A stretch of DNA of 64,000 nt from positions 171,111-235,110 of the forward strand of contig MCFH01000070.1 in NCBI GenBank assembly GCA_002104945.1, read 5' to 3'. Below, in pieces: positions 1 to 20,136 of the stretch (position 1 is its first letter; the number at the start of each line of letters is the position of its first letter). Below the pieces are notes generated by a model, which did no database searches, was not told the DNA's origin, and was given only the letters and a program-made list of their open reading frames with translations. Position numbers and translations under genes: made by a program. This DNA comes from Piromyces finnis finn (lineage: Eukaryota > Fungi > Neocallimastigomycota).

Positions 1-446
1 TTTTTTTATATTATTATTATTATTATTATAATTCATCATGACATTAGTTTTTTAATTATTTATCATTTAGAATAGTTTACTCTTTCTATAAATAATCCAA
101 TAATTTCTATATAAACATCATAATAAAAAACTAGATAAAAAAAAAAAAAAAAAAAGAATCTAAAAAAAGGAAAATAAAAAAAAAAAAATTGGTGTTAAAA
201 ATGGTATGTTAGATTTTACTGATAATAAAATCTGTAATTTTTAAATTATAAAATTTATATATATAAACTAAAAACTATAATTCTTTTTCTTTTTTGATAT
301 TACTTTTAAAAAAACGATAATTAGCCTTTTATATATATATATATACTTATTTATATATATTTAAAAGATATATATAAATAAAAAGGTTATTGCAATGTTC
401 ATAAGAAATTAAAAAAAAAAAAAATGGAATTAAAAAAGTGGTTTAT

Positions 447-1562
<1,116 letters not shown>

Positions 1563-3334
1563 ATTTGATTATATTTATACTAGCAAAATAATAAAAAAAT
1601 ATATAAAGTAAAAAATAAAAATAAAATAAGAATGTTAATATATTTAGATTATTATATTTAAATAAATAAATAAAAAAAAATGTTAATATAATAACAAAAT
1701 TGATATGAGATTTTTTTTTTTTTATTATTATTATTTACAATTTTATTTTATTGTTTATTATTTTTGATTAATAAATATTTATAAAATAAGTTTTATTTAA
1801 TTCTATTTATATATTTATTTATCGACGAATACAAATATTAAAAATGAATAATAATAATATATACTATATATTTTTATTTTTGTTATTTTTTTAAAATTTA
1901 TTTTAGTATATCTACCTTAATAATACTTTTATCTTTATTACTATAAACTATAAACCATAAATTGATTAATTTTTATTTTTTTTATTTGATGGCTTTTATT
2001 TATAAATAAATATTTTTTTTTTTTGATAATTTTTAAAATATATTTAAAATATATTTTATAACTAACTTTTAAAAACTTTTTATTTATTTATTTTTTTTTT
2101 CTTTTTGAATTATTACTGTTATTTATAATCTTTTACATATTCTTTATCCATTATTTGTTGTTTTTTTTTTATTTTGTTTTACTTTGCCTCATTAAAACTA
2201 AATTCATTATTTTTACATCTTCTTTAATATTACTTTACAATACTATATATTTTTAAATTTTAATTTAATCTTTTCAAATTATTTTAAAATTTACCTTTAT
2301 TTTTTTTTATTTATTTACAAAAGTTATTTTAAAAAGAAAAAGGGAAAATTTTATTTATATAAACCCTTTTGAATTTCTATATTAAAAATTAATATAGTTG
2401 CATTAATATTTACCAAAATAATATAATTATTTCATTAAATCATTATTATAATAAATTATGAATAATTATATCATCTATGGATTATGGATAATTTTTATTA
2501 TTGGATTTCACTAACAAAAAAAATATTTTTTAACTTTGATTATATTCTAATATATGTTAATAATTTATTATAATATATGTTAAAGTATTCTTTGGCTTAA
2601 CGATTCAATGTTTGAAATAGTAATAATTAAATTGTAATTATTATAATAATAAAAATGATTTTTTATTTTTTTATAATTAAACTTTTTATATTTAAATTAA
2701 AATCAATGATACTTTTGATTAAATTTATTACAACTACATATTATTTATATATTAAATTAATTATAAATATAAATTAATTTTCTTATTCATTTTTTGCATC
2801 ACAAAATAGATGACCTCTTGAGATCTATAGACCGACGACGAATGTTTATTTTTAAATGCTAATGTATTATAATGTAATGTAATGTTTTTTAAAAAATGTA
2901 TTTTTATTTTAATTAATTTTTCATCCATCCATTGTGATATTTACCATATAAAGAAGTTTGACAAAAAAGGAAAGAAATTATATTAAATTAAAATGACTTT
3001 ATCCTAATTTAGTAAATACGGTGATTACTAACATAAAACATTTTTAATCAATTACAATAAATACAAATATATATAAATATTATATTATAACGATAAATAA
3101 ATGTGTCTTCAAACATTTCTCATTAGTTTACCTATTTTTAATTTAAGCAAAGTTAAATTTATTACAATCTATATATTCAAATGAAAAAAAAAAAAAAAAA
3201 GCCTTATTTTATAGAGTAAAAAATAATTTATAAATAATAATTCAAAATTAAAATTGGAATCAAAAGAATCTTATTATGTATTAATTTATCATTATGAATA
3301 CTCTTTATTTACTTTTGAATAGTTATAACAAATG

Positions 3335-3336
<2 letters not shown>

Positions 3337-3372
<36 letters not shown>

Positions 3373-4802
3373 GGCATCAAATATTTTAAACTTTATTATT
3401 AATTTAATTAAAATTATAATACATGTAATAAAAAATTAAAAATAAATAAAAATAAAAAAAATATGTTTAAATAAACACAAATGAATAAAAATTGGGTATA
3501 ATGTATTCTAGTAATTTTAATTAAAGTAAGAAAGCCACTATCATACTAAAGTATAATAATTGTATTTGACTTCCAATGGGACACCGAGCCAAAGATCAAA
3601 ATTTTGTCATGGAACAAAATTATGATCTCCATTGGTTGCGCTGGCCCTCCTGGCCTGTCTTACTGTTTCTTCAGCATTGACGCTCTTGGATGTTGCTTCA
3701 AACCTTTTGAACATTGACCATTGCTGGCCAATAGCAAAAGGCATGATTTTGGTTAGAAGTTCCGCGGTTACCGTCAAGAATGGTGTTCCTTCATTAGTAC
3801 CAGATTGAATCTGACGCTTACAAAGTTCTTTCCATTCCCTTGAATTGTAATTAATATTGTTAAAACTTCTTCCCCCAAGAAGGAATTTAAATATTTTACT
3901 GCACACACTAGAATAATCATACACATTAATATTCACCGGATTATTAGAACTATTACTATCATTAACTAAATTACTATCTAAATTAGAATTATTATCTTCA
4001 CTATTGCTATCATTATTAATATTATTATTTCTATTACTACTATTGTTATTATTACTATTTCTATTATTACTATTACTACTATTGTTATTATTACTATTGT
4101 TATTATTACTATTGTTATTATTATTATTGTTACTATTACTATTACTGTTATTGCTATCTCTACTGACATTATCAATTTCATTATTATTGATAGGACTATT
4201 GGAATTACGTTGACTGAAAAAATTTAATAGCTGGACTATGGAATCATAATGTTTAATACGGATATCTCTAAATGTTGGACAATCTAATAACCAATGTTTA
4301 ATACTTTGATCTCCACACTTGCAACATGGACAGTAGTTAGGACAAACTGGATCAACAAATTTAGCAGCTTTGGCAACTCTAGCATCCAACTTGTATCCGC
4401 TTCTTGCTTTCAATAGCCAGTAGAAGCCATAGGCAAACTCTGGGTATTCATAACATAATTTAATAAAATCTTTAGTTTCAATAAATTTATTATCATCATA
4501 ATATTGCGCTTTGATTGAATTCCCTTTGAGATCTTTCCAATAAAAGTTTTTAACTGCTTTAACATCCCCATGTTTCTTTAGTTTTTTATCAAGTGTCCTA
4601 CTTGATTTGCACCACGTGTATTTTCTAAATTTAGGAATGTAATTGACAAGGTGTGAGATAATACAATTTGAGTTTTTCCATTTGTTAAAACATCTAACCT
4701 GAGCTAACGCACATTTGGCTGACAATGGAGGAATATTCAAATCTTTTGAGATAGAGTATAAAGATATAAACGATACGGCTTTATGAACTCCGGCAATCCA
4801 TC
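3337..4802 (-). mobile_element. 5'-truncated copy of the LINE at 44116-49780 (ORF C-terminus, 3' UTR, poly(A))
   Basis: Poly-T at 3337-3369 is followed by sequence nearly identical to 44164-45544. ORF 3607-4740 matches the C-terminus of the 1495-aa ORF, including CPCCKC..H..DC. Homology stops abruptly at 4802. Confidence 0.95.
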
Positions 4803-5389
4803 ACAGACAAAACGGCATGTTAAAACATGCTTTTTTTTAACCAGATTTATTGATGGAGAGTTTAGAATTCGCTCTTGAAACGCCCATATATAAACTTTAA
4901 TTTTTGAATAGGTATAAAATCAATGATAAAAAACTTTTAAATTATAACATTTCTTAACAAAAAACCTTTTATCCATCTTTGATATATACATCCAATAATA
5001 TAACACTTCCAATTTTTTTTAAAAACTTATACGTTATAAAAATTAAAAACACAAAATTATAATAATTTTTTGATTTATATTTATTTCTTTAATTTTTTTA
5101 TTTTTTATTTGCTTTGCATTTCTTTTTTTAATATTTGTTATTTTTGTTATTTGTTACATTCTTATTTTTTATTTGTATCTATTCTTTTGTTGTTTTGTTT
5201 TTATTTTTCTTCTTATGTAATGATTTTAGTAATACTTATTTATTACTACTTCAAATTTAGCACACTTTGTAGATGTTAAATTTTTTAACAAATAGTACAG
5301 CATGATAAACTAGAGGAACCTATAACTGGTTCAGAGTTTGTTGGTTTTGATTCATTATTTAAAGCACTTGAAGCACTTTGATCCTGGCT

Positions 5390-6428
<1,039 letters not shown>

Positions 6429-7985
6429 TTTATTAATAAATATTTATAATTTTATAATGTTATAAAATTTAAGTGTGAAGAAAAAAAAATTTAGATCTCA
6501 TTCCTTAGTATATATATTTTGAAAAAAAATTTTCAAACAAACTTTAAATTGATTGGATAATATTTACTTCATTATTTTTAAAATGTATTTTTTATCATTT
6601 TTGCATATTAAATATTATTGGATTAATGTATAACTTAATATATTAAGAATAAAATAGTAATATATTATTTTAAATACTTTAAATATTATTTATTAGAAAA
6701 GAAATTTATTAGATACATTTATATTAAAAATTATATATTCTTATTAAAATAATATATATAAATAATTGTAAATAAAAATTGAACTTCAACCCTTTCAAAA
6801 AAAAAATTGTAATAATATTTTAAATATTTATATACAGAAAATGAGAAAATATAATTTTATATATTTTTTTTGAAAAAAAATGAAAGTGTAACTCTACAAC
6901 CATGATAATAACATATAATAAATATTTAGTAATACTTATTATTAGTTGTTATTAATAAAGCTTTTAATTATAATATTATTAAAGCATTTTAATAATCAGT
7001 CATCTGAATATATACTAAAAATTTAAAATAATTTTTTTTCTGGGAAAAAAACTTATTCTATCTTTACAATTTCTTTTATATTATTTTAATAGTTGTTAAC
7101 TTTAATTGTATTTTTGATTTTTTTTTTTTTTTTTTTGTTTTGTTTTGTTTTGCAATTAATTATGGCTATTAATGTTATTAAAATAGCATCTTAGTTAAAA
7201 TTCTAAATATATCATATTATTGTATTTGAATTGTTCAATAAATATCAATCCTTGTATAATTATATATTTATGCAATACTTGCTATACTATATATTTTTAT
7301 AAACCTTTCCTTTTGTTATTATTATTTTTTTGTTATTGCTACAATATAAAAATCAATCTATTGTATTTTTTATTTAATGATTTTTTATGTTCTTTATAAT
7401 TTCAAAGTGTATGTTATTCTTATTTTCACTATTAAAAAATAAAGCTTTGACATTTTTGAGATCTAAAAATTTACATAATTTAACCTAACCTAACCCTATT
7501 ACCAATAATAATTTAATATTTTTTTTTTAAATAAATTATTTTAAAAAGAAAAATAAAATCTTTATTAAAAAGTATTTGCAATAGAATAAATTACAATTTG
7601 TTGATATTTTATAAATAGATGCAAAAATTCATTTTTTTTTAAAATATATATAAATAACAAAAATAGTCTTCTTATTTATAAATAATAAATAAAATCTGTT
7701 ATTAAATTATTTAGAGCAATCAATACTTATTTAATTCTTTTTTTTTTTTTTTAACAAAGTATTATTCCTTTTCAAGCTCAAACTATTTCTTAAAATCGTA
7801 TTTGCTCACTTATTTTTAATGAATGAAATTTAAGAAAGAAAAAATTACACAGATATATTCTACCAAATTTTATTTTCAACGCTTTATTTTTCTTATTGAA
7901 ATAATAATATCTATATTAAAGGTTTAATTGGTGTTTTTTTTTATTCTTTCTTTTCTTTTTGAAAAAAAAATTCTAAATAGTCTGA

Positions 7986-9670
7986 ATGCCAACAATTTTT
8001 ACTATAAATATACCTAATTGTTATACTGACATTCAAAGATTTGTTGAAAAAGGTATTCTTTCATTTTTGGATATTATTCCAAAAACAGAATACATATCAA
8101 TATACCAAAAACATTCATTAGAATTGTATTCTGATAATTATAAAGAGTCTTTAAAATCGGGATGGTTAACAATTGAAGATAATACAAAAAATGTCTCTTT
8201 TACTGAAACGTTAACTAACATATACCAACAAATTTTAAATCAATGGGGAGAAGATCCAGATATACATATAATTTTAATAGCCACAATTGATAGATTTCAA
8301 GGTTAATAATGATGTGTGATACAGATGATATTTTTATTTATTATTATGTACAAATATTTAATCGTTAATAGAATAGAATTGAAAAATTTTGCTATATAAA
8401 AACTATATATCAGATATCAATATTATAATAAATTTTCATTTATATTAATATATATTATAAAATTTTAAAATTTTAGATAAAGATGTATCATCAATGATTT
8501 CAATGAATTTCAAATCAAAATTATCAATTATTATACTGGATACAACAAGTAGAGTAAAGTATAATAAATTCAATAATCTTCACAATTTAGTTCAGAAACA
8601 TAGGGGATATTTTAAAATAATAAATCAAATTCATGATTTTAATGATGTTTTGCAACAACTCTATCGAATATATTGTAATAATACACATCTAATATTAAAT
8701 ATTATAGCTAATAAAGTTAATGATTATACCTTATAATAATTAAAATATCAATATATTTATTATATATTAAAAGATAAACCATATCATTGTGAATGTATTT
8801 GTGGAAATATTAATTTACCATTACAAATATATCCAACATTAAGTATGCATTTATATGTATTTATATCATTATAATGAAATATTTATTATTCTATTGTATA
8901 TTCAAAAGGGTTAAAATTAATGTTAAAATATAAAATTTCATATATAAAGAGGAACCACTTTTCCCAAAAGTATTTTCAATAATTGGATTTTTAACAGAAA
9001 CCGATGCCCCTTTACCAGCATATAAATCAAGATATTTATTATTACCTTATGAAAAGCAGGTATATTTTATAAAAATATTTTTATATTAATTGTACTTATT
9101 CAATTAGTGTATATAATTATTTATTGAATTGAAAAATTTCGATACATATTTAAAAACGTTGGAAAATAGAAAAACCCATTGAATACATATCAAGTTATTC
9201 AAAAGAGTTTAATGAATAAGCGTGTATATGCTATTGTAACATTTAATAATGGAAATTATGGATATATACATACAACCAATGATTCATCTTGTAAGACCTT
9301 TATTGTATTTTATTATAACATATACTGTATATATATATATATTAATATATGAATAAATATTATATTAAATACTATAATAGATATGTCTCTTTCACTAATA
9401 CCAACTTTAGAACAGGAGGTTGAAGTAATATCAAAACATGACAAAAGTTTTAAAATACCCATACTTCAAAGTGAGACTTCTTATTTTAAAGCAGATTTGG
9501 TATGTAGTCATGTGTAAATAAATAATTCTTACTATTATAATAATGCATATTAATAATCTCAAATAATTATATTTTAAATATAAAGAACTTGATACCAAAA
9601 ATTATAAGATATATTCCAGAGTTACCAAAAAATCAGGATGTTGTTTTAAATATGTAATTATTAATTTTTT

Positions 9671-9712
<42 letters not shown>

Positions 9713-10133
9713 TATAAATTGATGATATGATACTAAAGAACAATATTAAATTCATTATTTATTTGTATATTAATATAATAGGATACGAAAAATACATTAT
9801 ATGTCATTAGTTCATCAATATCCAAAAATAGTTGATTATGTGACATTGCTATTAAAAAATGAAGAAAAAAAGTAAACACATATTTACTTGTATATTTTTA
9901 TTATCTAGAATATAACTAATATTTTATATATTAATAATTATGTATTTAATATTTTTAATAGATATCAAGAAAGAAATCCAAACATATGTAATTCGTTAAA
10001 CGAAATTATCTCAAGTATTGAAAATGATATATCGAATGGTAGTAGTTTTAAATCAAATTTTGCTATTTCTTCAAACTTTGAAGACAATAAAAATGATAAT
10101 GATATAAATAACACATCTGATAATATGGTTTAT
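7986..10133 (+). CDS. INTS14: Probable Integrator complex subunit 14 (INTS14/VWA9) homolog, multi-exon
   Basis: Translated exons follow animal INTS14 in order (compared from memory): MPTIFTI~MPTVVVM; IYQQILNQWGEDPDIHIILI~VCNIVQQEWGGAIPCQVVLV; KPYHCECICGNINLPLQIYP~TPFHAVLKCGHLTADVQVFP; FSIIGFL...YKSRYLLLP~LEIVGFI...VLSRHLVLP; YAIVTFNNGNYGYI~VAIVQLGPEWHGML; PKIIRYIPELP~QKILRNARKLP. Exon boundaries are only partly resolved. Confidence 0.7.
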
Positions 10134-10232
10134 GTAAACTATTAAGTTTTATTTATTTTTATATATAAATTAATAATTATTTGAATTATTATAATTAATC
10201 TAACATAAATCTTTTATTTACCATATAAAGAA

Positions 10233-12651
<2,419 letters not shown>

Positions 12652-12827
12652 GAATATTTACTTTTTTTAAAAAATATATAATTTCTTTATACTAATTAAA
12701 ATCGTAAATAAATAAAAAATCTTTTCCATTTTTTTTCTTTTCTATTAAAACTAACTATACAAAATAAAATCTTTCTAAAAAAAAAAAATTATAAATATAT
12801 ATATTTATTTTATTTATTTATTTATTT

Positions 12828-12873
<46 letters not shown>

Positions 12874-13044
12874 TGATATGTAAATATTTATATAATGTTT
12901 TCTAAAATTATTAAAAATGAAAGTAATCTAAAAATTTTTGTAATAAATAGTTTATATTATATATATCGTGTGTTTTATCACTTATTCATAAAATATTAAA
13001 TGAAATAAAATGGTAGTACACGTGAATATCTATTACCATTTCAT

Positions 13045-16000
13045 TTAACAACGAGATTCATTTAATTTATATTGAATGAATGCTCTTAAATTATATAAAG
13101 TTTCGTCAGCACGATCACGTAATTCTCTCTTCTTTCTTTTATCAATAGACTTAGTGTTTCTTTGTACAATTGGATAGGATTGCTTTAATATAGATAAGTA
13201 ACCACCATTAACAAATACTGGTCCATCATAATCGTATGACTTATCACCATAGGCATCATATATACCATTTAAAGCTTCACAAACAATTTCCATATTCTTA
13301 CAGTTAGATGGAATGTTTATTAAAAAGTCACCAATTACCTTTTTATTTTTATTTTAAATATATACATATTTAATTAATAATTTCGAAACAAAATATTTAA
13401 TTATCAAAAATTAAGTTTTAAAAAATGTTTTTTGAAATTTATTTTCATACCTTATTTAATGAAACATTTCCTTGAAGTTTAGCAAATAAACCTAAGACAC
13501 CAACACAACGAACTCTTAAATCATCGGTTATGTTAACATTATTATAAGTAGCAATGAGTGATGATACTTGTTCTTCAGATGGGATCTTTTTTTTTTTTTT
13601 TTTTAGAAAATAAAAATTGCTTAATTTTTATATTTTATATTAAAAATTTAACGAAGATATATATTTATTATAACTACTTACAATCTTAATTTCATTCATA
13701 TTTAAACTGTCTACAGCACGAATTATTGACCACATAGTGTTTACAATACTTTCAATTATATCATTTAAACTATTCTTTTCTTCATTATTAGCTGATAATA
13801 ATCCTGAAGCTTTACCAGCTAAACCATAAAGCCATCCCCACATATTTTTAACATCATTAATATTGTTAACATACCATTCTTTTGGCATCATCATTAATAT
13901 ATTGTTTAAAGCATTTATGGATCTTAATTGGATAATATTGGTATTGTTAACATATGATGAAGCGTAATTTTTAACATTGTCATTATATTCATAGAAATTT
14001 TCACAATATGTAATAATTTTTCCAATAATACCATTATTTATGATATATTTGCTTCTTTCATCATTAGCATTATCATTAATATCATCTTCATTTTGCATTT
14101 CATTAATTCTATCCATTTCTTCGAGGAAGGCATTTTCTTCATCTTGTTCATCCATTTCCATACCTTCATCCATTATTTCTTCATTATTCATACCATCTAA
14201 TTTTAAAAATTAATATTAAAAATTAATTAGCAATTAATTATATATATTATTAATTATAATATTGCTTTTTCTTTTTCTAACAATAGCTCTTTATTCTGAC
14301 AATTTTTATTTAATTATAAATAATAAAAATCTTATAATATACCATTTAAATCTTCTGAGCAGACATTAGCTAAAATTTCTAATGAAAGTTGAATAATTGT
14401 TAAATGAGATTCTAAAACCTTTGCTCTTTCCTATTTTAAATTTTAATATAATTATTTATTTATTAATTAAACTATTTCTTTATTTAAAAATATTTTTTAG
14501 ATATATAATTACATAAGTTGGTTTTCCTTCATTATCGATTAATTCTTTGTTTTTAAGATTCTTTGTTTTTTGGACAATTTTTTGATCTTCAATTTTCTGT
14601 ATAAATAATAAAAATTAAAAATTAAAATTTTTATTTCGGATTATATAATAATTTTTATCAAATCGAATAAAAGAATATTTTTAATATTTACCATTTTTTC
14701 AGCAAGAGCAACCATTTCTTTGATAGAGTCAGAGGTCTTGTAATCAAGACATGATGAAATTGAATTGAATATAATAGAATATAATTCATCCATTGAAAAT
14801 GAAATAATATTTCTAATATTATACAATATACTTGAACTAAGAAGCTTTAATAAAATTCCATTATTTTCCCATTCATTAGCAATTGGAATTTGACCAGAGG
14901 CAATTGTCTTTAATACATTAATATAGTCTGGAGTTTCAGTGAAATATTTGTAAACGTCTTCATTTTCTTCTGTTATAGTATTTAAACATTGAGCTGCAAC
15001 ATTTACTAAATTAAATGGTAACTTATCAAGTGCTTTTATAAATTCCATTAAAAATTGAACAATGTTGCAAGAAAGAATATCTTTTGTAAATTTGTCAGAA
15101 GTTTCACTATTTAAATTATATATATTATTATTATTATTATTATCACTATTATTATTTAATTTTATAATTTGAATTTTAATTAAACCTTTCGGTTTTATAT
15201 TATTTATATTACCTCATAGTCCAGATAATGTTAATAATTTGTTCAGAATAATCATAAGCTATTTTATTTTCAAACTTTTTAGTTTTAATATCTTTATCAT
15301 TATTATCAATTGGGATTAAAGTATTTGAAATTAAAGCATTTATCTATTTTAAAAATATTAAAAATTAATAAGATTATATTTTTATTAAGTTTTATAATTA
15401 TGAAATGGAATAAAATATAAAAACCTTTGGTAATAATGGAGTAATTGATCCTAAGATATTTCTGTTATATAATTCTAAGCAAATAGTGTTATCAACATTA
15501 ATTAAATTTCTAAATTAATGAATACGAAATTTTTAAAAAAAAAAATAAATTAATCAAATTTATTAAATATTTCATTATTATTATATATAATCTTTTTAAT
15601 ACATTAGAAAATAAAATAAAACGGCAACAAAAAAAAAAAAAAGGTAATATAATAAAAAATAAAATAAATAAAAACCTTAAAGCACCAGCTGCTTCTATAA
15701 CAACCTCATTTGTTGGATCTGTTAATCCGTTCATTAATTTACCAAGTAAATTATTTTTTAATAAATATTTTCTAGCTTCATCATTTTGAATAAGATTTGC
15801 AACACCAGCTGCAGCCCAAGCTCTTTCATTAGCATCAGTTGATGACAACTAATTATTATTATTTATTATTATTATATTTAACATTTTTTAATATTGTAAA
15901 AAAAAAAAATTAATATTTTCTTGTTGATAACTTTGTAAATATTAAAATAATTATTATGTTTTATAAATTTGTTGTTATATACTTTTTCAATTAATGGAAG

Positions 16001-16123
16001 GGCATCAGCAATTTTTTCTTGAACATTATCATTTATATCATCAATTGAATTTAATACACTTAAAGGATTTGTTGCAGTTGGTCTCTTTCTTCTTTTAAGT
16101 TTTTTGTTATTGACTTTACCCAT
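13045..16123 (-). CDS. SYO1: Symportin-1 / HEAT repeat-containing protein 3 (uL5/uL18 import chaperone), multi-exon
   Basis: Basic N-terminus MGKVNNKKLKRRKRP; ARM-like exon ERAWAAAGVANL...LTDPTNEVVIEAAGALR; AAQCLNTITEENE; acidic loop EEIMDEGMEMDEQDEE; C-terminal MEIVCEALNGIYDAYGD...NLRAFIQYK. Confidence 0.82.
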
Positions 16124-19012
16124 TTTGTATGTCACTTTTAATAATCTAATATATTTTTTTTTTATTTTTTAAATTTTTTTTTTAAAAAAACATTAATATA
16201 TAGTAAGCCACTTTTATCCAATCAACATCGAGTATTTAAATGATTTTTTATATTTTAAATATAATTAAAATTTATAGTTTTTTTAAAATAGTATTAAAAA
16301 TAATATATTATAAATATTAATAATAAAATTTATACACTAACCCATGATATAAAATATAAAGATTATAACCGAAAAACTAAGAATTATTGTCATTATGCCA
16401 TTATAATAAAAATATAATAATCATACTTACGGTCACTATTAATATTATATATATATGCATGATGCTAATATTACGATAAATTTAGTAGTATTTTATTTTA
16501 TTAACTTAAAATATATTTATTATAAAAATAGTAAATTGCATACAAAACATAAATTTTTATTTTCCTCAAAATCCTAATAATTCATTTTATTAGATATATT
16601 TTATTTCGTTTTTTTATGAATAACAAAATAATAAAGCAATAAACATCAAAACTCAATATATAATTGTGAGTTTTTATATTTTATTTTTTTTCTAGAAAAA
16701 TAATATATATAAACATTATTAAAGTTTTGCTTTTTTAAATATTTATAAATAAATATTTATTAAGATAAAAAATTCTATTCAAATAATTTGTAGATAAAAC
16801 CTGTTTTTATCAATATTTGTCAATATTTATTTATTGTAATATGTAACATGGTACGTGAAGAAGGTTCTTTATAAAGGTCTAATGTTTATTTTCATATTAA
16901 CATTATACAATAATAAATAATAAACAAAACAGTTAAGTAAAATTTGATACATATTTGATAAGTTTAATGTGAAATGAATTAAAAATATTTAATTACAAAA
17001 AAGAAAAAAATAATGTATTACAAATTTTTTAATATAAATTATATAATTACTAAATATACAAAAGTTATTTGAATTAAATAAGAAATAAGAAAAAATCATT
17101 TAAGGTTTCCTTAAATTAAACTTAAAATGGATATATATAATTTAAAAAAATATGTTTTCATCCTTTACTATAGTATTTGAAATTACAGTAATACAAGAGA
17201 TAAAAGAAAAAAAATAGGCAATTGATTTGTTTTTTATTTTAACTATACACTTATTTATATATGTATTCTATATTCTATTATCTATGATAAAATATTAAAC
17301 ATATTTTAAAATTCTGTATAATTAAAAATTAAAATTTAATTTACTTAAAATAGAAATTTTTGTGTGTTACATAAAAAAATCATAAATCAAAATACTGGAA
17401 AAATTTTTTTATTACCAATAAATTGAATGTTGTTGTATTTAAATAAAAAGAAGATTGATGTAACATAATTTTAATTCAATAAAAAAAAATATGTATATGT
17501 TTAGTATTATCATTAATTTAATTTACTATCAATACAATATTATTATTTTTTGAAAACATGAGTTGTTATATAAGCAAATAAATAAAGTTAAAGAAAGATT
17601 AGTCTGTGAATTATTATTAGTACAGCTTAATTTTATTTACGAATTGAAAAAAATTTATTATTATACAGTTATCCGTAATCCAACAGAATGTTTTTATTAT
17701 TTTATAACTATTACTTGTCTGTTTGAAATTAATATTTTATTTTTTTCTTAATAATTTAATATAATTGAAAGAAAATATACAGGGTTACTTAACATATATA
17801 TTTAGATTTGATAAAGTGTTATTTATATTAATTAAAATCTGTGGGATATATTTGAAATTAATCTTTTATTTATTACAAAGTGTAAACTTTTTTTTTTACA
17901 TAATGTCAATAAAATGTTTCATGTTTAATATACAAAAATGGTAATGATTCTGAGTATAATAGTATTATTATTGTTATATTCTATTTACTTTAGCGTATTA
18001 TATTATTTCGTAGTATTACAATAAGCAGTTGATTTCTTTCTTTTTTTGTTTAACCTTTTATATTTCAAAAAAAAAAAAAAAATAGTTTGTAACACTTATA
18101 AATAACTATGTATATAATAATAAAAGAATATTATAACAATTGATATATTTATATTTTATTTTAAATTAAATATAATTTTTACTTTAAATTAATTACTTAC
18201 TTAAATATAAATATATATATATATTTAATTATGAACATTATTAATTAATATTACAATTATGAAGACTTAAATATTTATAGTTATAATAATTAATTTTTAT
18301 TAATTAAAATAAATAATAAAATTTATTGATAATTTATATGGAAGTATAAAAATTAATTTTTAAATAATAGAAGTTAATAAATATTTATATATGTATAGAG
18401 AAAAAGTATTATTTAAAAGTTTTTTTTTTTTAAAAAGAAAAGAAAAGAAAAAGAAAAACATAAATAAAAGTAGAAACCAAAGTAATAACATTTTCAAATA
18501 AAAAAAAAGATTGATTAATGTATACATAATGTTTACAATTATCAATTTAATTAAGCTTTTCTTTTTTATTATGAGTATAAACTTTTAATATACAAAATTT
18601 AATTAACATTTTTACTTTTTTTTTTTTTTTTTTTTTAATTAAGAGAGTCATTTATATAAAGATTTATATATGAAATTATTCCATTAATATAATTAGTATT
18701 TTAAATAAAAAGTTAATCAATATATAAATGGATCATCATCTTCTAATAATAATAGTAAAAATGTGAAAGTCAAATTTAATATTGCTAATATAATTATTAT
18801 AATATATTGAATATTATTATATAGTTTATATTTATTATATTATAATATATTCTATATTATTTATATATAATCAAATTTAAAAACTTATATTAAAAATTTA
18901 ATAATCTAATTTGTACTATATTTTAATTTATATCAAAATTAATAAATTAATTTTTTAAAACCATTTTTTTTTAATTATGACATTCTTTTTTTTTTTTTAT
19001 AGTAAAGTAAAG

Positions 19013-19045
<33 letters not shown>

Positions 19046-19901
19046 GTGAAATTATAAAGAATTTTAACAAAAAGAAATTTATTAAAAGGTGATATGAAGA
19101 TATTATTTTATCTATGAACTTCTTGCTATAAAAATACATATATATGTGTTTCTTTTTCATTCAATTAATGAAAGATAATTTAAATAAAAAATTAAAAATT
19201 AAAAAAAGAATTTTTTAATTATCTTCTTTTATTGTGTAAATATTCTGTTTTTAATTTTAACAAGGTATATATATATATAAAATCAGTGTATAACAATAAC
19301 AATAATTAATATATAAATATTATTATCTAATGAATTAAGTAATACCAATTGTTAAAAATAAAATAATAACAATAATAGAGTTATTATATTTTCGTTAGTT
19401 ATATATATTCAATAAAAGGAAAGGAAAATATATATATATATATAAATTATAAAATAAAGAAATAAAAAATAACCGGAATATATTGAAAACCAGCTACATT
19501 AAAAATATAAACTTTATATATATTCTTTTTTTTTTTTTTTTTTTTTTTTTGAAGGACAAATGTAAGATATATATATGAATATATATGAAAGTATATCAAA
19601 AACGGAAAAAAAGATATATTATATATATAATATATCCTTTATTTTACAAATAATAAATATATTTAAAGTATTCAAAAAGTTATATAAAATAAAACATAAT
19701 AATATAAATAAATACTGTTTCATTAAAGAATTGCAGCATCCTTATAAAAATTATAGAAAAAGGAAAGAATAAAGGAATAAAAATCTTATAAATATACATT
19801 AGTATAATATTATAAAAAGTAACATTGATAAATAATTCACATATAATATTAAATAATACTAAAAGATATAACAGGATAAAACGTATTATAATTTTATTAT
19901 T

Positions 19902-20136
<235 letters not shown>

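Noticed and set aside
3978-4213. Poly-Ile/poly-Leu ORFs (also at 10685-12286, 26040-26388, 39439-39807 and similar)
   Set aside because: These are alternative-frame or antisense readings of (AAT)n and other coding repeats in real genes.
16200-19900. Short ORFs in the long intergenic region (17563, 18360, 18975, 19575)
   Set aside because: They have low-complexity AT-driven composition and no motifs; they are expected by chance.
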